Under the pieces are notes generated by a model. It ran no database searches. It was not told the origin of the DNA and worked only from the letters and a program-made list of their open reading frames with translations. From sequence record SRR2962707_1578: a stretch of 64,000 bases of DNA, one strand, 5' to 3'. Below are positions 31,348 to 42,765 of this stretch, one piece after another; position 1 is the stretch's first letter, and each line of letters starts with the position of its first letter. A program made the translations under genes and the position numbers.

Positions 31348-31734
31348 CTAGTCTTCAAGTACCATGATGCCTTCGATTTCAACCTGAACGCCTTTTGGTA
31401 GCGCACGAACGCCCATTGCGGCACGAGCTGGGTAAGGTTGTTTGATAAACTGAGTCATCACTTCGTTGACGGTTGCAAAGTTGCCTAGGTCTGTCATGAA
31501 AATGTTGAATTTCACTACGTCTTCCAAAGAACCGCCAGCGGCTTCACAAACCGCTTGTAAGTTTTTGAACACTTGCGTGGTTTGCTCAACGATGTCTTCG
31601 CTGATCACTTCCATGGTTTCAGCAACCAAAGGAATTTGGCCAGAAAGGTAAACTGTGTTGCCTGCACGAACCGCTTGAGAATAAGGGCCGATTGCTGCTG
31701 GTGCTTTTTCAGTGTGAATCACTTGCTTTGCCAT
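31348..31734 (-). CDS. ridA: RidA-family enamine/imine deaminase
   Basis: [20 protein letters not shown] and [10 protein letters not shown]. Confidence 0.92.
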   Translation of the reverse strand: MAKQVIHTEKAPAAIGPYSQAVRAGNTVYLSGQIPLVAETMEVISEDIVEQTTQVFKNLQAVCEAAGGSLEDVVKFNIFMTDLGNFATVNEVMTQFIKQPYPARAAMGVRALPKGVQVEIEGIMVLED

Positions 31735-31818
31735 GATATTTAATCCCATTTCAATGTTATATCGCCTCGGTCTGTTCTGACTGAGGCGGGTTAAAATATA
31801 GAGGTCATGTTAAAGGCT

Positions 31819-33933
31819 CTAACGACCAACAATGGTCTCACGAGAGACTTTCTCGACGCAACGAACAGCCTTAATACGGCGCATTACGTCTGCTAAGCCA
31901 ACACGACTAGAAATAGTGATATTCAAACGAAGGCGACTGACACGTCCACGTTCAATAATGTCTAAGTTAGACACTTGATAATCGGTATCGCTGATGGAGC
32001 TGGCAATTTTTGCCACGGCACCACGTTCATTAATGTAACTAACAATCAGGCTAATATTGAGATCTTCTTCAATATCTTTGCCCCAAACCATACGGATAAA
32101 GCGCTCAGGGCTGGAGAGATGATCTTGAATGTTCGGGCAGTTCAAATGATGAATAATGATCCCTTTATCCACTTGAACGTGACCAACAATTGGGTCTCCA
32201 GGAATTGGTGAGCAACATTTCGCATACGAAATCAGCATTCCCTCAGAGCCGTTCACCTTAAAGGATTTCGGCGTGATAAGAGTGTTTTCATCGTAATTTG
32301 GGAACAGCTCTCGTGCGACCAAATAACCAACATGTCGGCCTTTGCCGATGGACTCAAGTAAATCATCCAGAGTGTTAAGTTGATGTTGCACAAGGACTTG
32401 ATCGATTTGCTCTTTCGTTAGTTCTTCAATATTCGTTTTAAAGGCATTTAACGAGCGAGTTAGCAGACGATGTCCGATAGATATCGCATTTTCACGCTGT
32501 TTGTCTTTAAGGTAATGGCGAATATTCGTGCGCGCTTTACCCGTGATGGCAAAGCTTAACCAAGCAACGTTAGGTTGCGCATTTTTGGCACTGATGATTT
32601 CAACGGTCTGTCCGCTTTCGAGCTGAGTGCTAAGCGGTGCCAGGCGGCGGTTGATGCGACAAGAAATACAGGTGTTACCAATTTCTGTGTGTACGCCATA
32701 AGCAAAATCGACCGGTGTAGCACCAGATGGCAGTTCGATGATCTGACCTTTCGGAGTAAATACATACACCTCATCAGGGAACAAATCACTTTTAACATTA
32801 TCAACAAACTCAATCGGGTTACCTGCTTTTTGCTGGATTTCCAGCAAGCTTTTCACCCATTTCGTTGCTCGATCGTGATTGTTTGGCGCGGCGGCATTGC
32901 CACTGAATTTATAAGCCCAATGCGCAGCGATGCCGTTATTAGCGACTAAGTCCATCTCTTCGGTGCGGATTTGTACTTCCATCGGTAGGCCATTAGTACC
33001 AACAACCGTGGTATGCAGCGATTGGTAGCCATTGGATTTTGGAACGGCGATATAATCTTTAAAGCGGCCTTCGATGGGTTTAAACAAGGCATGAATAATG
33101 CCGAGAATGCGATAGCAGCTGTCGTGGCGATCGGTCACGATACGCACACCTAACACATCCATGATTTCATCAAGAGAGCGGCGTTTTTTGCTCATCTTCT
33201 GATAAATACTGTAGATGTGTTTTTCTCTCACACTGATATGAGCGTCGATATAGTCGGCGGCTAATTCAGAGCGAATAAAATCTTCAAGTTTTTCGGTATC
33301 TTTGCTGCGGTGGCCATATTTCTTGTTGATAGCACGCTGCAGCATGCGAGCCCGCATTGGGTAGTAAGCTTCAAAAGCGAGAGACTCCAGAGCCACTCGA
33401 ACATTGTACATCCCTAAGCGGTTTGCAATAGGGGCATAAATATCGAGAGTTTCGCGAGCAATACGGCGTTTTTTGTGAGCTGGCATCGAATCCAGCGTGC
33501 GCATATTGTGCAGACGGTCCGCCAATTTGACGAGAATGACTCGAATGTCATCCGCCATGGCCATGGCCATTTTCTGGAAGTTATGAGCTTGCTTTTCAAT
33601 TTGGCTATTGAACTCAAGATGCGTCAGTTTACTAACGCCATCAACCAAACTGGCAACGCCTTCTCCAAACTGCTCAGTTAACGCTTCACGGCTGATGCCG
33701 GTGTCTTCGATAACGTCATGAAGGAGGGCTGCTGTTAACCCTTCACTGTCCATGCGTAAATCCGCAAGGATTTCAGCGGCAGCAAGTGGATGGGTAACAT
33801 AAGGTTCGCCACTTTTACGCCATTGCCCATCATGAGCTTGTTCTGCGTAATAGTATGCGCGTTTTACCTGAGCGACTTGCTCGTGAGGTAAATATTGACT
33901 TAATGTCTGAGCTAAATTTTCAATGGTATACAT
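31819..33933 (-). CDS. spoT: Bifunctional (p)ppGpp synthetase/hydrolase
   Basis: HDVIED hydrolase motif, RFKD, NGYQSLHT, plus TGS and ACT domains. Follows rpoZ. Confidence 0.97.
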   Translation of the reverse strand: MYTIENLAQTLSQYLPHEQVAQVKRAYYYAEQAHDGQWRKSGEPYVTHPLAAAEILADLRMDSEGLTAALLHDVIEDTGISREALTEQFGEGVASLVDGVSKLTHLEFNSQIEKQAHNFQKMAMAMADDIRVILVKLADRLHNMRTLDSMPAHKKRRIARETLDIYAPIANRLGMYNVRVALESLAFEAYYPMRARMLQRAINKKYGHRSKDTEKLEDFIRSELAADYIDAHISVREKHIYSIYQKMSKKRRSLDEIMDVLGVRIVTDRHDSCYRILGIIHALFKPIEGRFKDYIAVPKSNGYQSLHTTVVGTNGLPMEVQIRTEEMDLVANNGIAAHWAYKFSGNAAAPNNHDRATKWVKSLLEIQQKAGNPIEFVDNVKSDLFPDEVYVFTPKGQIIELPSGATPVDFAYGVHTEIGNTCISCRINRRLAPLSTQLESGQTVEIISAKNAQPNVAWLSFAITGKARTNIRHYLKDKQRENAISIGHRLLTRSLNAFKTNIEELTKEQIDQVLVQHQLNTLDDLLESIGKGRHVGYLVARELFPNYDENTLITPKSFKVNGSEGMLISYAKCCSPIPGDPIVGHVQVDKGIIIHHLNCPNIQDHLSSPERFIRMVWGKDIEEDLNISLIVSYINERGAVAKIASSISDTDYQVSNLDIIERGRVSRLRLNITISSRVGLADVMRRIKAVRCVEKVSRETIVGR

Positions 33934-33995
33934 CGCTCACCTCACAACAGCAAATAGAAAGCACGACGGCAGTGGTATGAGCGACACCATCAATA

Positions 33996-34220
33996 TTAGA
34001 ACTCGTGAATAGGTTGCTTTTGAAGATCAACGTTTTTGGCGTTAATCAAGTTTTCAGCTATTTCACGTAAAGCAACTACGGTTACTTTGTCGTCTTCAAG
34101 TGCCACTTTCGCTTCTTCACCACCAGTGGCAAGTTGACGTGCACGTTTTGATGCCACCATGACTAATTCAAAGCGGTTATCAACGTTTTCTAAACAATCT
34201 TCTACGGTAACTCGAGCCAT
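33996..34220 (-). CDS. rpoZ: RNA polymerase omega subunit
   Basis: MARVTVEDC...NRFELV...RARQL...ALREI. Confidence 0.98.
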   Translation of the reverse strand: MARVTVEDCLENVDNRFELVMVASKRARQLATGGEEAKVALEDDKVTVVALREIAENLINAKNVDLQKQPIHEF

Positions 34221-34278
34221 TTTGACCTCTGTATTGCGGTTATCTATTTATGCAAATGTAATTCTACTTAACGGCTTC

Positions 34279-34902
34279 TCATAATGACAAGAGATCATTG
34301 ATAAGATTGCCATATTTTTGTTTCATTACGGTGTTTTTTGAGCGCATTGCGGTAAAAATCGACTGCATTTGTGTTAACGCGGTCTCAAAGTCGTCATTTA
34401 CGATGACAAAATCGTATTCATCATAGTGTGACATCTCAGCAACCGCCTTACTCATGCGACGCTGAATGACCTCTTCACTGTCTGTTCCGCGACCATGCAA
34501 ACGTTCTTCAAGTGCTTTTAAAGAAGGCGGTAATATAAAGACACCAATGGCATCTGGGTAGAGCTTACGCACTTGGCGCGCGCCTTGCCAATCGATCTCT
34601 AGAATAACGTCTAAGCCTTGCTCTAGCATGTTGAAAATCGACGCTTTCGAAGTGCCATAATAGTTATCAAACACTTGAGCATGTTCGAAAAAGGCATCTT
34701 CGGCAATCATATCTAAAAAATCTTCGTCTTCAGTAAAGTAGTATTCACGACCATGCTCTTCACCTTTTCGTGGTGCTCTTGTGGTGTGAGATATCGAAAT
34801 ACGAACCTTATCATCCGCTTGTAATAATGCTTTATATAAAGAAGATTTGCCTGCACCAGAAGGCGCAGAAAGGATAAATAAGTTGCCCGTGTGTCGATCC
34901 AT
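34279..34902 (-). CDS. gmk: Guanylate kinase
   Basis: SAPSGAGKSS, SHTTRAPR and LEIDWQGA. Confidence 0.98.
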   Translation of the reverse strand: MDRHTGNLFILSAPSGAGKSSLYKALLQADDKVRISISHTTRAPRKGEEHGREYYFTEDEDFLDMIAEDAFFEHAQVFDNYYGTSKASIFNMLEQGLDVILEIDWQGARQVRKLYPDAIGVFILPPSLKALEERLHGRGTDSEEVIQRRMSKAVAEMSHYDEYDFVIVNDDFETALTQMQSIFTAMRSKNTVMKQKYGNLINDLLSL

Positions 34903-35137
34903 ATTACCTTTAAACCCAGTTGAGATTAGCCAAAATATAAGTAATATGACTATATCATAATATGCTGTTTTTCGCTCCGCTTATGTTCTATTGAGGCATT
35001 AGAAGGTACTTTCTAGGTGTGTATGCCAAAGGAACACTTTGAATTTGAGGGAAATACAATTCGAATGGTTTTAGTTAGGAAAAATAAGTCTCTAGCATCT
35101 AGACTTTTAATAATGAAAAAATGTTTTCAGAGCAAGG

Positions 35138-37375
35138 ATGAGCCGTTCTATGAATACAGCGAAACTGGAAAAAACACACACACCTTTGCTTGAGCAAAGA
35201 AGTCACACCTACAAAGTACTTTCAGTGGAAGATGACCTAGATTACCAAGAAGCGTTAATCAACGCTTTGGTGACGCTAAACTACGATGATAAAGATGTTG
35301 AAATCCTAACGGCTAATTCAGCAAGAGAAGCGATAAAAGTGATCGCTAAAAACCCAGATATTAGCGTTATCTTGCTCGATGTGATTATGGAAGCTGACGA
35401 TGCAGGGTTACGACTTGTCGATACGATTCGAGATGGAATAGGCAATGATCTTGTTCGAATTGTATTGTTAACTGGGCAATCAGGTGCAGCGCCAGTAAAC
35501 GATATTATGAAAAATTATGATATTGATGACTACTGGAGCAAGCCGGATCTTACCCATGATCATCTCCAGACGATTATTTTAAGCAACCTACGAACCTGGC
35601 ATCATTTAAAAGACATGAAAGAGGCTCGGCATGGCATGCAAATGCTTGTTGAGTCGAGTCAGCGGCTTGCAACTAAACGTGATATTTTGGCTTATACCCA
35701 ATCGATTCTAGAAGAAGTCTCCCAATTACTAAATATGAAAACAGGCGGTATTGTTTGTTTCTCGAGTGGCTTCGATCATGGTGTTGAACAAGCACTTATT
35801 GTCGCCGCCAGTGGGGACTTAGCACATTACTCTCATCAATATTTAGGCAATGTTCTTGATGACAAAGAGCTCATGGTTTGCATCTCTAAAGCCTGTCAGG
35901 CTAAGCAACATGTTTTTATTGAAGGTTACTCAATCTTATTCTTTGCCAATAAAGAGCTCGAAGGAAAAGAGTGTATTTTGCTGGTGAAGTTAGACAGAGA
36001 GTTATTGCCGAATGATCTGAATTTGCTGCAAGTCATGTGTGAAAATATCAATGTAGGTTTTCGCAATGTTGCTTTGCATGGCAAATTAACTGAGTTGGCG
36101 TATTTCGATCCGGTGTCGGGTATTCATAATAAAAACTGGCTATCGCGCGAGATTAAAAATATGTCATTGGTCGATTTGCCATATGCCAAATTACTGATGC
36201 TACATGTGGAAGATCTGTCCCACACTGAAACTGTTTTTGGGACAAAATTTGTTGACCAACTTATTCAGTCGCTTTACAGCCACTTACGAACTTATTTTAC
36301 TGACAACATCAATATTGCCTTGATCGACAGAGACACATTAGCCGTCGTTGTTTATACCAATCAAGAGTATGACGAACAAAAATTAGAGCCGATTATTCAT
36401 GCCAACCTGAGCATTGAGGATGTCACTCACTCGGTCGATATTGTTATGAGCTCGATTGATTTGGCTTTGTTTGATCATTATGAAGCAGAGCAAATTATTA
36501 GTGCTGGAGAAAGTGCATTAGAGCACGCTAAACGCCATGGCTTATCCTTTTTGGTGTATAGCGAAGCATTGGCGACGGCGATGTCAGAGCGCTATGCATT
36601 GCTGAAAGACCTTCGTGATGCTGTGGTGAAAGACCAGATCGAGATCTATTTACAACCTAAAGTCTCTCTAGAAAATAGTGAGCTAATCGGTTTTGAAGCC
36701 TTAGCTCGTTGGAAACACCATAGTGGTTCCTATATTCCCCCAGATCAATTTATCACCCTTGCTGAAAGCTGCGGTTTGATAGGGCGACTAGACGAAAATA
36801 TCATGCGCCGTTCTTGTGTGGCACAGAAAGCCTTGATTGAGCAGGGTATTCGTGTCCCTATCTCCGTTAATGTGACGGGCGGAGACGTGGTTCGCCCAGA
36901 TTATTTTGAGCGATTAGAAGCCTTGTTTAGAGAACTTGATGTGGACTCTCAGCTTATTGAGCTGGAGATCACAGAAACGCAGTTGATCGAAGAAAAAGCC
37001 GTTATTTGTAAGCAGCTTGATGTGCTGAAAAAAAGCGGTATGAAAGTAAATATTGATGATTTTGGTACTGGCTATTCGTCATTAGCGTATTTGTCGAGTT
37101 TGGCTCTTTCTACGCTAAAAATTGACCGCAGCTTTGTTTGGCGCATGGCTGACTCAGAAAAAGATTGGCAGATACTAAAAATGATTATCGATCTGGCCCA
37201 AGTCTTGGGGCTTTCCGTGATAGCAGAAGGTATAGAAACCGATACCCAGAGACAGAATTTGATTGATTTAGGGTGTCAACAAGGGCAAGGCTATCTGTTT
37301 GCGCGACCTATGCCGCTAGAGCAGGTGATTAGCTGGGTAGAAGGACATTCTGGGAGCCAGGGTCTAGCCCGATGA
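35138..37375 (+). CDS. Response regulator c-di-GMP phosphodiesterase (REC, DUF3369-like, degenerate GGDEF, EAL)
   Basis: VEDD/LLDVIME receiver. The GGDEF position reads IDRDTL. EALARW, ELEITE, DDFGTGYSS and AEGIET are intact. Confidence 0.85.
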   Translation: MSRSMNTAKLEKTHTPLLEQRSHTYKVLSVEDDLDYQEALINALVTLNYDDKDVEILTANSAREAIKVIAKNPDISVILLDVIMEADDAGLRLVDTIRDGIGNDLVRIVLLTGQSGAAPVNDIMKNYDIDDYWSKPDLTHDHLQTIILSNLRTWHHLKDMKEARHGMQMLVESSQRLATKRDILAYTQSILEEVSQLLNMKTGGIVCFSSGFDHGVEQALIVAASGDLAHYSHQYLGNVLDDKELMVCISKACQAKQHVFIEGYSILFFANKELEGKECILLVKLDRELLPNDLNLLQVMCENINVGFRNVALHGKLTELAYFDPVSGIHNKNWLSREIKNMSLVDLPYAKLLMLHVEDLSHTETVFGTKFVDQLIQSLYSHLRTYFTDNINIALIDRDTLAVVVYTNQEYDEQKLEPIIHANLSIEDVTHSVDIVMSSIDLALFDHYEAEQIISAGESALEHAKRHGLSFLVYSEALATAMSERYALLKDLRDAVVKDQIEIYLQPKVSLENSELIGFEALARWKHHSGSYIPPDQFITLAESCGLIGRLDENIMRRSCVAQKALIEQGIRVPISVNVTGGDVVRPDYFERLEALFRELDVDSQLIELEITETQLIEEKAVICKQLDVLKKSGMKVNIDDFGTGYSSLAYLSSLALSTLKIDRSFVWRMADSEKDWQILKMIIDLAQVLGLSVIAEGIETDTQRQNLIDLGCQQGQGYLFARPMPLEQVISWVEGHSGSQGLAR

Positions 37376-39267
37376 CGCGCATCCCTAAGAAAATGCTATT
37401 TCCGACGACTATGATTACTCTTTTTTTCGTTGTCGTATTGGTAGGGTGGAGTAATTACCGGTTATTCGAAAATCGATATGTCACTCAGTTAACCCTAGAA
37501 GAATCTGGACTTTTATCGCAAGGAAGCAGCCTTTTTAACCGTGAATTAGGACATATAAAAAGTACGACGCTTTTCCTTCGGAATAGCGTGTATGCACTTC
37601 TTACCTCCCATCACCATATTCCTGAGTCTGTTTTTTGGCAGTCTGATATTTTGCAAATCTTCTCTCAATTTGCGCTGACTTCCCCTTTTATTTCTCAAGT
37701 ACGCTGGCTTGACTCGAATGGTAAAGAGCTAATACGCATCAACGCCCGTGATGGGAAGATAGCCGTGGTCCCCGCTAGTCAATTACAAGATAAGTCGGAC
37801 CGCTATTATTTTCAGCAAGCCAAGCTTGCAACAGAAAACGATGTCTATATTTCCCCTGTTGATCTGAATATGGAAAACGACCAAATTGTTCGCCCTCTTG
37901 AACCCACTCTACGAGGTGCGGTGTCTATCAATCGTGAGCGTCAAGGTGTGCTAGTGGTCAATTATGACCTGACCAAGTTATTCGCTCAGCTTAGAACCTT
38001 GTCCAATGATCGTTTTTTTATGGATGTGGTGAGCGAAAATGGTGAGTGGCTGATCAGTCAAGACGCTCAAAAAGAATGGGCTAGTGCCTTAAAGCAAGAT
38101 AAACAGACGAACTATGTAAAGTCTTTGTACCCCAAAGTGTGGGCATCCATTTCTTCTGAAGAAGGGCTTTCTAGTCGCATTTCAGAGGGGCAAGTTTGGA
38201 GCTCAATGAGGGTGATAGTCGAAGCACCAATCTCGTCTATGGAGACGGAGCAGTCCTCATTTTTGTATTTTGTTGCACGTTCACGAAGTCATGTGCTGGA
38301 TGAGTATCGAGAATACCTCCAATGGTTAATTTTCTCTTTGGGCAGTGCGGCCTTTCTTATCTTGTCCTTTTTAGTGTGGTGGCAAATGAACGCGTCTTAT
38401 AAACGCCGTGCTCTATTGTCTGCATTAGAGGCAGAGCAAGCACAGCTCAAAGTCGCCAATAATGAGTTTAACGTGGTTAATCACCAATTGGTTGAGCTAC
38501 AAAGTGAGTTGGTAGAGAACAGCAAACTATCGGCATTAGGGCTAATGGTGGCAGGCTTAGCCCATGAAATGAATACGCCATTGGGAGGCGTGCGTATGGC
38601 ACTGTCTTCATTAACCGCATTGATTAATAAAGAGGCGGATTCGTTGTCAGATAGAAATCGTCAGAGTATGGGAAAAACACTAGAAATAGCGGAGAAAAAC
38701 CTTACACGAGCGATCAATCTAGTCGCGAGTTTCAAACGTATTACCTTGGATCGCTCAGGACAGGATGTGCAGGATTTTGTACTCAATAGTGTGCTACAGG
38801 ACCTATTAACTGTGTATAAGCCTAGATTGAAGCGCTTTCCTCACGTGTTAATAAAGGATGAGTGTGACGCAGATATTCATATGCAAGGTTTTCCTGGGAT
38901 CCTTTCCCAAGTGATACAAAACTTGATAGACAATGCGCTGCAGCATGGTTTGAAAGATTATCCGAAAGGCATTATTACGCTGACAGCAAAATGCCAGAAT
39001 GACATGTTAGCACTAAGCGTCAAGGATAATGGTAACGGTATTTCTTCCGAGGTACGGGAGCGTATTTTTGACCCCTTTGTGACGACCGGACGAGTCGATA
39101 AACACACTGGGCTTGGTCTGCATTTAGTTCATCAATGGGTATATACCCTTATGAAGGGCCGAATAGAAATCGAGTCTAAAGAAGGAGAAGGAACGAGTTT
39201 TACTATCATCATCCCTTTGGTACAAACCAGAGATGTATCATTAGAGGAGATGTCCAAAGGGTTATAA
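37372..39267 (+). CDS. Cache-type membrane sensor histidine kinase
   Basis: Two TMs, LQDKSDRYYF cache motif, AHEMNTPLG, NLIDNA, DNGNGI and TGLGL. ATGA overlap with the upstream gene. Confidence 0.88.
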   Translation: MTRIPKKMLFPTTMITLFFVVVLVGWSNYRLFENRYVTQLTLEESGLLSQGSSLFNRELGHIKSTTLFLRNSVYALLTSHHHIPESVFWQSDILQIFSQFALTSPFISQVRWLDSNGKELIRINARDGKIAVVPASQLQDKSDRYYFQQAKLATENDVYISPVDLNMENDQIVRPLEPTLRGAVSINRERQGVLVVNYDLTKLFAQLRTLSNDRFFMDVVSENGEWLISQDAQKEWASALKQDKQTNYVKSLYPKVWASISSEEGLSSRISEGQVWSSMRVIVEAPISSMETEQSSFLYFVARSRSHVLDEYREYLQWLIFSLGSAAFLILSFLVWWQMNASYKRRALLSALEAEQAQLKVANNEFNVVNHQLVELQSELVENSKLSALGLMVAGLAHEMNTPLGGVRMALSSLTALINKEADSLSDRNRQSMGKTLEIAEKNLTRAINLVASFKRITLDRSGQDVQDFVLNSVLQDLLTVYKPRLKRFPHVLIKDECDADIHMQGFPGILSQVIQNLIDNALQHGLKDYPKGIITLTAKCQNDMLALSVKDNGNGISSEVRERIFDPFVTTGRVDKHTGLGLHLVHQWVYTLMKGRIEIESKEGEGTSFTIIIPLVQTRDVSLEEMSKGL

Positions 39268-39292
39268 ACCCCTTGGTCATCTATCATTTCCG

Positions 39293-41278
39293 TTATTCTT
39301 TAAAGCCTTTTATATGTGCGTTAATTTGCCAGCGTAATAGCTCTGGCAGCGCCTTTTGGCGAGCTTGCTGGAAAGGGGGAACCTGTTGGCTTTGTTTTTT
39401 AACTTCTAAGCTGGTTGCGTCTTTCCAAGGGTAAAAAGCCGGTTGACCACTCATTGGATAAGCCCCTTTATCATCTATCCAAAGCTTGGTGTTATAGCCA
39501 AATGCTCGTGATTTATCATCTTCTACGGCCAGCATGTTTCGCCCCGCAATGGCTTGATAGGAAGTGTCTGATAATGAGTAATGATACAAGGTCGGGAAAA
39601 TATCCTTATGGGAACCGACTCGGCTTGGATCATAATGCCACTGACTGTTATCCAGTATTTTCTTTGGTACATGCAAGTAAAAAGGTACCGCACGATCCAG
39701 CATTTGCTCTTCTGGGTAATAGGCTTTTAGACGACGCATCTGATGGTCTCCGGTTGCGGCGATCAAGGTGTTATCAGCCTTATCGGAGCTTTCCACGGAA
39801 CTAATAAACTGACCAAAGGCGTCCGCTGCATACTGGTAGGTTTCCTGGATATTTAGCTCTTCTTGGCCTTGTGCCTCAGTGTGTCGTTTTACCTCAGGCG
39901 TGAGCGCGATAGGTTGCGGTTTGTAGCGATCCGGTGTGACATAAGGAGGGTGATTCGTAATGGTCAGAATGCTGATAAAGGTCGGTTCTTTCGACTCTTT
40001 TAGCAACTTCTCTGCAAGACGATAAGCGTAGTCATCAGGCACGCCCCAATCGGTGATTTCATTGGCAGATTCAGGGTACATTTTCATTAGGGTATTTTGA
40101 TCGTAAATGGCATCTACCCCTTGAACAGGTAAATAGTTTACCAGGTTACGCCACATCATATTGCCAGGCGAAATAAAGATGACTTTGTAGCCTGCTTTCT
40201 TGTACACATCAAAAGGCGTACCAGTTAGCTTGGTGTGTTGTGCTGAGCTGTGGCTAATGTTTTGCAGTGGGCTGTGAAAGAACATAGCAGCCAGAGACGG
40301 CGCGGTGCCATTGTCTTCAGAGACAAAGCGTTTAAAGACAAAATCTTCTGCAAAGTGCGGGCGCAGGTGACCCAGTAAGTCATTTTTTCCGACTTCATCA
40401 AATTGCAGCATATTGCTGCCGAAACTTTCCATGAGCACCATAACAACATTGGGCTTGTGCTCTGCGAGCCAAGAGTTCTTCGGTGTTTTTTCCATTAGGC
40501 TGCTAATGCCCAGTTGCTTCTCTAGTTGCTCGCCTTTGGCCTTACTGACCGGAGAAAAAGACAAATCTTCGTTATGGTCATTGATGGCCCAGTTGAGGCT
40601 CATCAAACCATTTGGTGTGATTTTATTGAGTAATAAAAGTTGCGATACCTGCGCATTACCACGTCTTAATGGGAAGGTGCCTAGACTGCCGCGGCTAATA
40701 ATCGCCAAGATAAGAATCATGATAAAAGTGAACAAAACAAAGAGGGCTAGATTCCACTTTTTAGGGGCTTTGTCTTTTAGGAAATAACGAGTAAAGCGGC
40801 CGGAAAGATAGGCAGCAGCCAGTGCGGCAAGCAAACCTCGAATCACGGGATAGCCTTCCCACATATTCGCTAAGACGCTGGCGGTATCGTCTTCAGCCAG
40901 ACCAAAAGCAAACACATCAAAGGTATTGTGGTAGGTCTGATAGTAGTAATAGTTACTGATGGCGACCATAGCGACGGCAAAAGCAATGAAGCCAAATATC
41001 CAAGGTAAGCAGACTCTGAAAGCGCGCCATGTAATGCGGCTGCTTGCCATTAGGAGACCCAATAAAGCAAAGGGCACCATTAGCATACCACCGACACGCA
41101 AATCGTAGCGTACACCGGTTGTCCACATGCGTTGTACGTCGTCGCTGTGAGTGGCTAATTGACTAGGTTCAGAGAAAACCGCCAACATGACATAGCGCGA
41201 CGCCATCAAAATCAGCACGAGATACAGTATTTGAACCGTTAAAGTGACGAACAGTGAACGAACTCTCGTTTGATACAT
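39293..41278 (-). CDS. LTA-synthase / sulfatase-family membrane phosphotransferase
   Basis: N-terminal TM helices, KPNVVMVLMESF, NGT (candidate catalytic Thr), TNHPPY and TGDH. Probable start MYQTR at 41278. Confidence 0.85.
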   Translation of the reverse strand: MYQTRVRSLFVTLTVQILYLVLILMASRYVMLAVFSEPSQLATHSDDVQRMWTTGVRYDLRVGGMLMVPFALLGLLMASSRITWRAFRVCLPWIFGFIAFAVAMVAISNYYYYQTYHNTFDVFAFGLAEDDTASVLANMWEGYPVIRGLLAALAAAYLSGRFTRYFLKDKAPKKWNLALFVLFTFIMILILAIISRGSLGTFPLRRGNAQVSQLLLLNKITPNGLMSLNWAINDHNEDLSFSPVSKAKGEQLEKQLGISSLMEKTPKNSWLAEHKPNVVMVLMESFGSNMLQFDEVGKNDLLGHLRPHFAEDFVFKRFVSEDNGTAPSLAAMFFHSPLQNISHSSAQHTKLTGTPFDVYKKAGYKVIFISPGNMMWRNLVNYLPVQGVDAIYDQNTLMKMYPESANEITDWGVPDDYAYRLAEKLLKESKEPTFISILTITNHPPYVTPDRYKPQPIALTPEVKRHTEAQGQEELNIQETYQYAADAFGQFISSVESSDKADNTLIAATGDHQMRRLKAYYPEEQMLDRAVPFYLHVPKKILDNSQWHYDPSRVGSHKDIFPTLYHYSLSDTSYQAIAGRNMLAVEDDKSRAFGYNTKLWIDDKGAYPMSGQPAFYPWKDATSLEVKKQSQQVPPFQQARQKALPELLRWQINAHIKGFKE

Positions 41279-41408
41279 GAACCGATGATTCCTAAGCGAC
41301 AAATATGGAGAAAAAATGGAGTATAACACTCTCCCTTTTTTTTTCGACTGAGTACTTTTTTGATCACCGATAAAACTGTATTTCTTACGCTTTTATAAGC
41401 CAATCGCG

Positions 41409-42611
41409 TTATTTCGACGGTTTAGGGCTCGCCATCCAACCTAGAATCATCCACAAAAAGCCAATTACTAAGAGCACATAGAGCGGTTCATCCCATGAAT
41501 GACGCCAGTCATGAAGAGCACCAATAAGCACCGGACCCAAGGCGGCTAATGTGTAGCCAATAAGCTGCGCCATACCTGAGAGTGCCGCGGCTTGCTTGGG
41601 ACTATTGGTTCTTAAGCTGACAAAGGATAAACCCAAAATAAATCCCATGCTGACCCCAAAACCAAAGCTCACGGCCCAGACACCAGACCAGCTAGGAAGG
41701 TATAAAAAGCCAAATAAACTCAACCAAGTTAAGCCTGTTGCAATTAAGCACAGTCGGCGGTGGCTGCCTAAGCGATGGATAAAGGGCGCGAGAATTAACG
41801 ACGGTAACGCCCCAGCCAGCTGTAAATAGCCTTGATACAAGCCGGCGGTTGAGTCCGTATAACCGTAGCTCACCAAGATGGAAGGCACCCAAGCGACGAC
41901 GATGTAATTCACTAATGAGTTAACGGCGAGAAACCCAGCCACTTGCCACGCAGTAACAGAACGCCATAGTTTGGGGGACACTTCAGTGTTATTGATTTGT
42001 GGCGTGTGGTGCTGGGTTATTTTGCACGTAAACCAAACCACCAATGGCAAAAGAATCATTAACCCTTGGCAAGCTAATGCGAATGACCAGCTGCTCATTG
42101 GTAGGGTGAAGCCCGACCCTTCAGCAAACACGCTTAATGGCACCGCAAAACTGGACATTATGAATCCGCCCACGCTCATCATCAGGACATAAATGGCAGT
42201 GAGCTGAACAATGTGATTTGGGAATTCACGTTTTAATAAGCTGGGCAGCAGAACATTACCAATGGCGATACCGGCACCAATTAGCACAGCGCCCATGTAC
42301 AAGGTACTGAGTGAGCCAAGGGAGCGAGCCACCATCCCTAGGGCTATTAAACCAACTCCAGTGGCTAAGATACGTTCGATCTGAAAATGCCTGGTTAACC
42401 AAGACGCCACCGGTGCGAATAGCGCAAAAATAAGCAGAGGCAAGCTGGTTAATAAACCGGATTGCGAGCTAGAGAGATGTAAATCTTGGCTGATGCGGTC
42501 TAATAATGGCGGCAAGCCAGTAACGGGACCGCGCAAATTGAGTGAGATAAGAAAAATAAATACGAGCAAGTAGGCGGCGTCATGTTGTGCGAGGCGACGT
42601 AAGGTATTCAT
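41409..42611 (-). CDS. MFS transporter, CynX/NimT-like
   Basis: SLNLRGP, GIAIGNVLLPSLLK and LSGMAQLIGY. Confidence 0.85.
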   Translation of the reverse strand: MNTLRRLAQHDAAYLLVFIFLISLNLRGPVTGLPPLLDRISQDLHLSSSQSGLLTSLPLLIFALFAPVASWLTRHFQIERILATGVGLIALGMVARSLGSLSTLYMGAVLIGAGIAIGNVLLPSLLKREFPNHIVQLTAIYVLMMSVGGFIMSSFAVPLSVFAEGSGFTLPMSSWSFALACQGLMILLPLVVWFTCKITQHHTPQINNTEVSPKLWRSVTAWQVAGFLAVNSLVNYIVVAWVPSILVSYGYTDSTAGLYQGYLQLAGALPSLILAPFIHRLGSHRRLCLIATGLTWLSLFGFLYLPSWSGVWAVSFGFGVSMGFILGLSFVSLRTNSPKQAAALSGMAQLIGYTLAALGPVLIGALHDWRHSWDEPLYVLLVIGFLWMILGWMASPKPSK

Positions 42612-42765
42612 AGTGTAATCAGCCAAATTCGGAAAAGAGTGAGAGTGTTATTCCCTGTTAACCCATCAAGGAAATGCCGCTTGATTGTTGGCGGCATTCT
42701 ACTTTATAGCGCGGTTAGTAAGGGCATTATAATTGTTGCCAAGACGCTGCTTGTGACTCGAGTGA

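Noticed and set aside
27330..34902. oxyR-recG and gmk-rpoZ-spoT-ridA clustering
   Set aside because: This is well-known conserved gene order and the catalytic motifs look normal.
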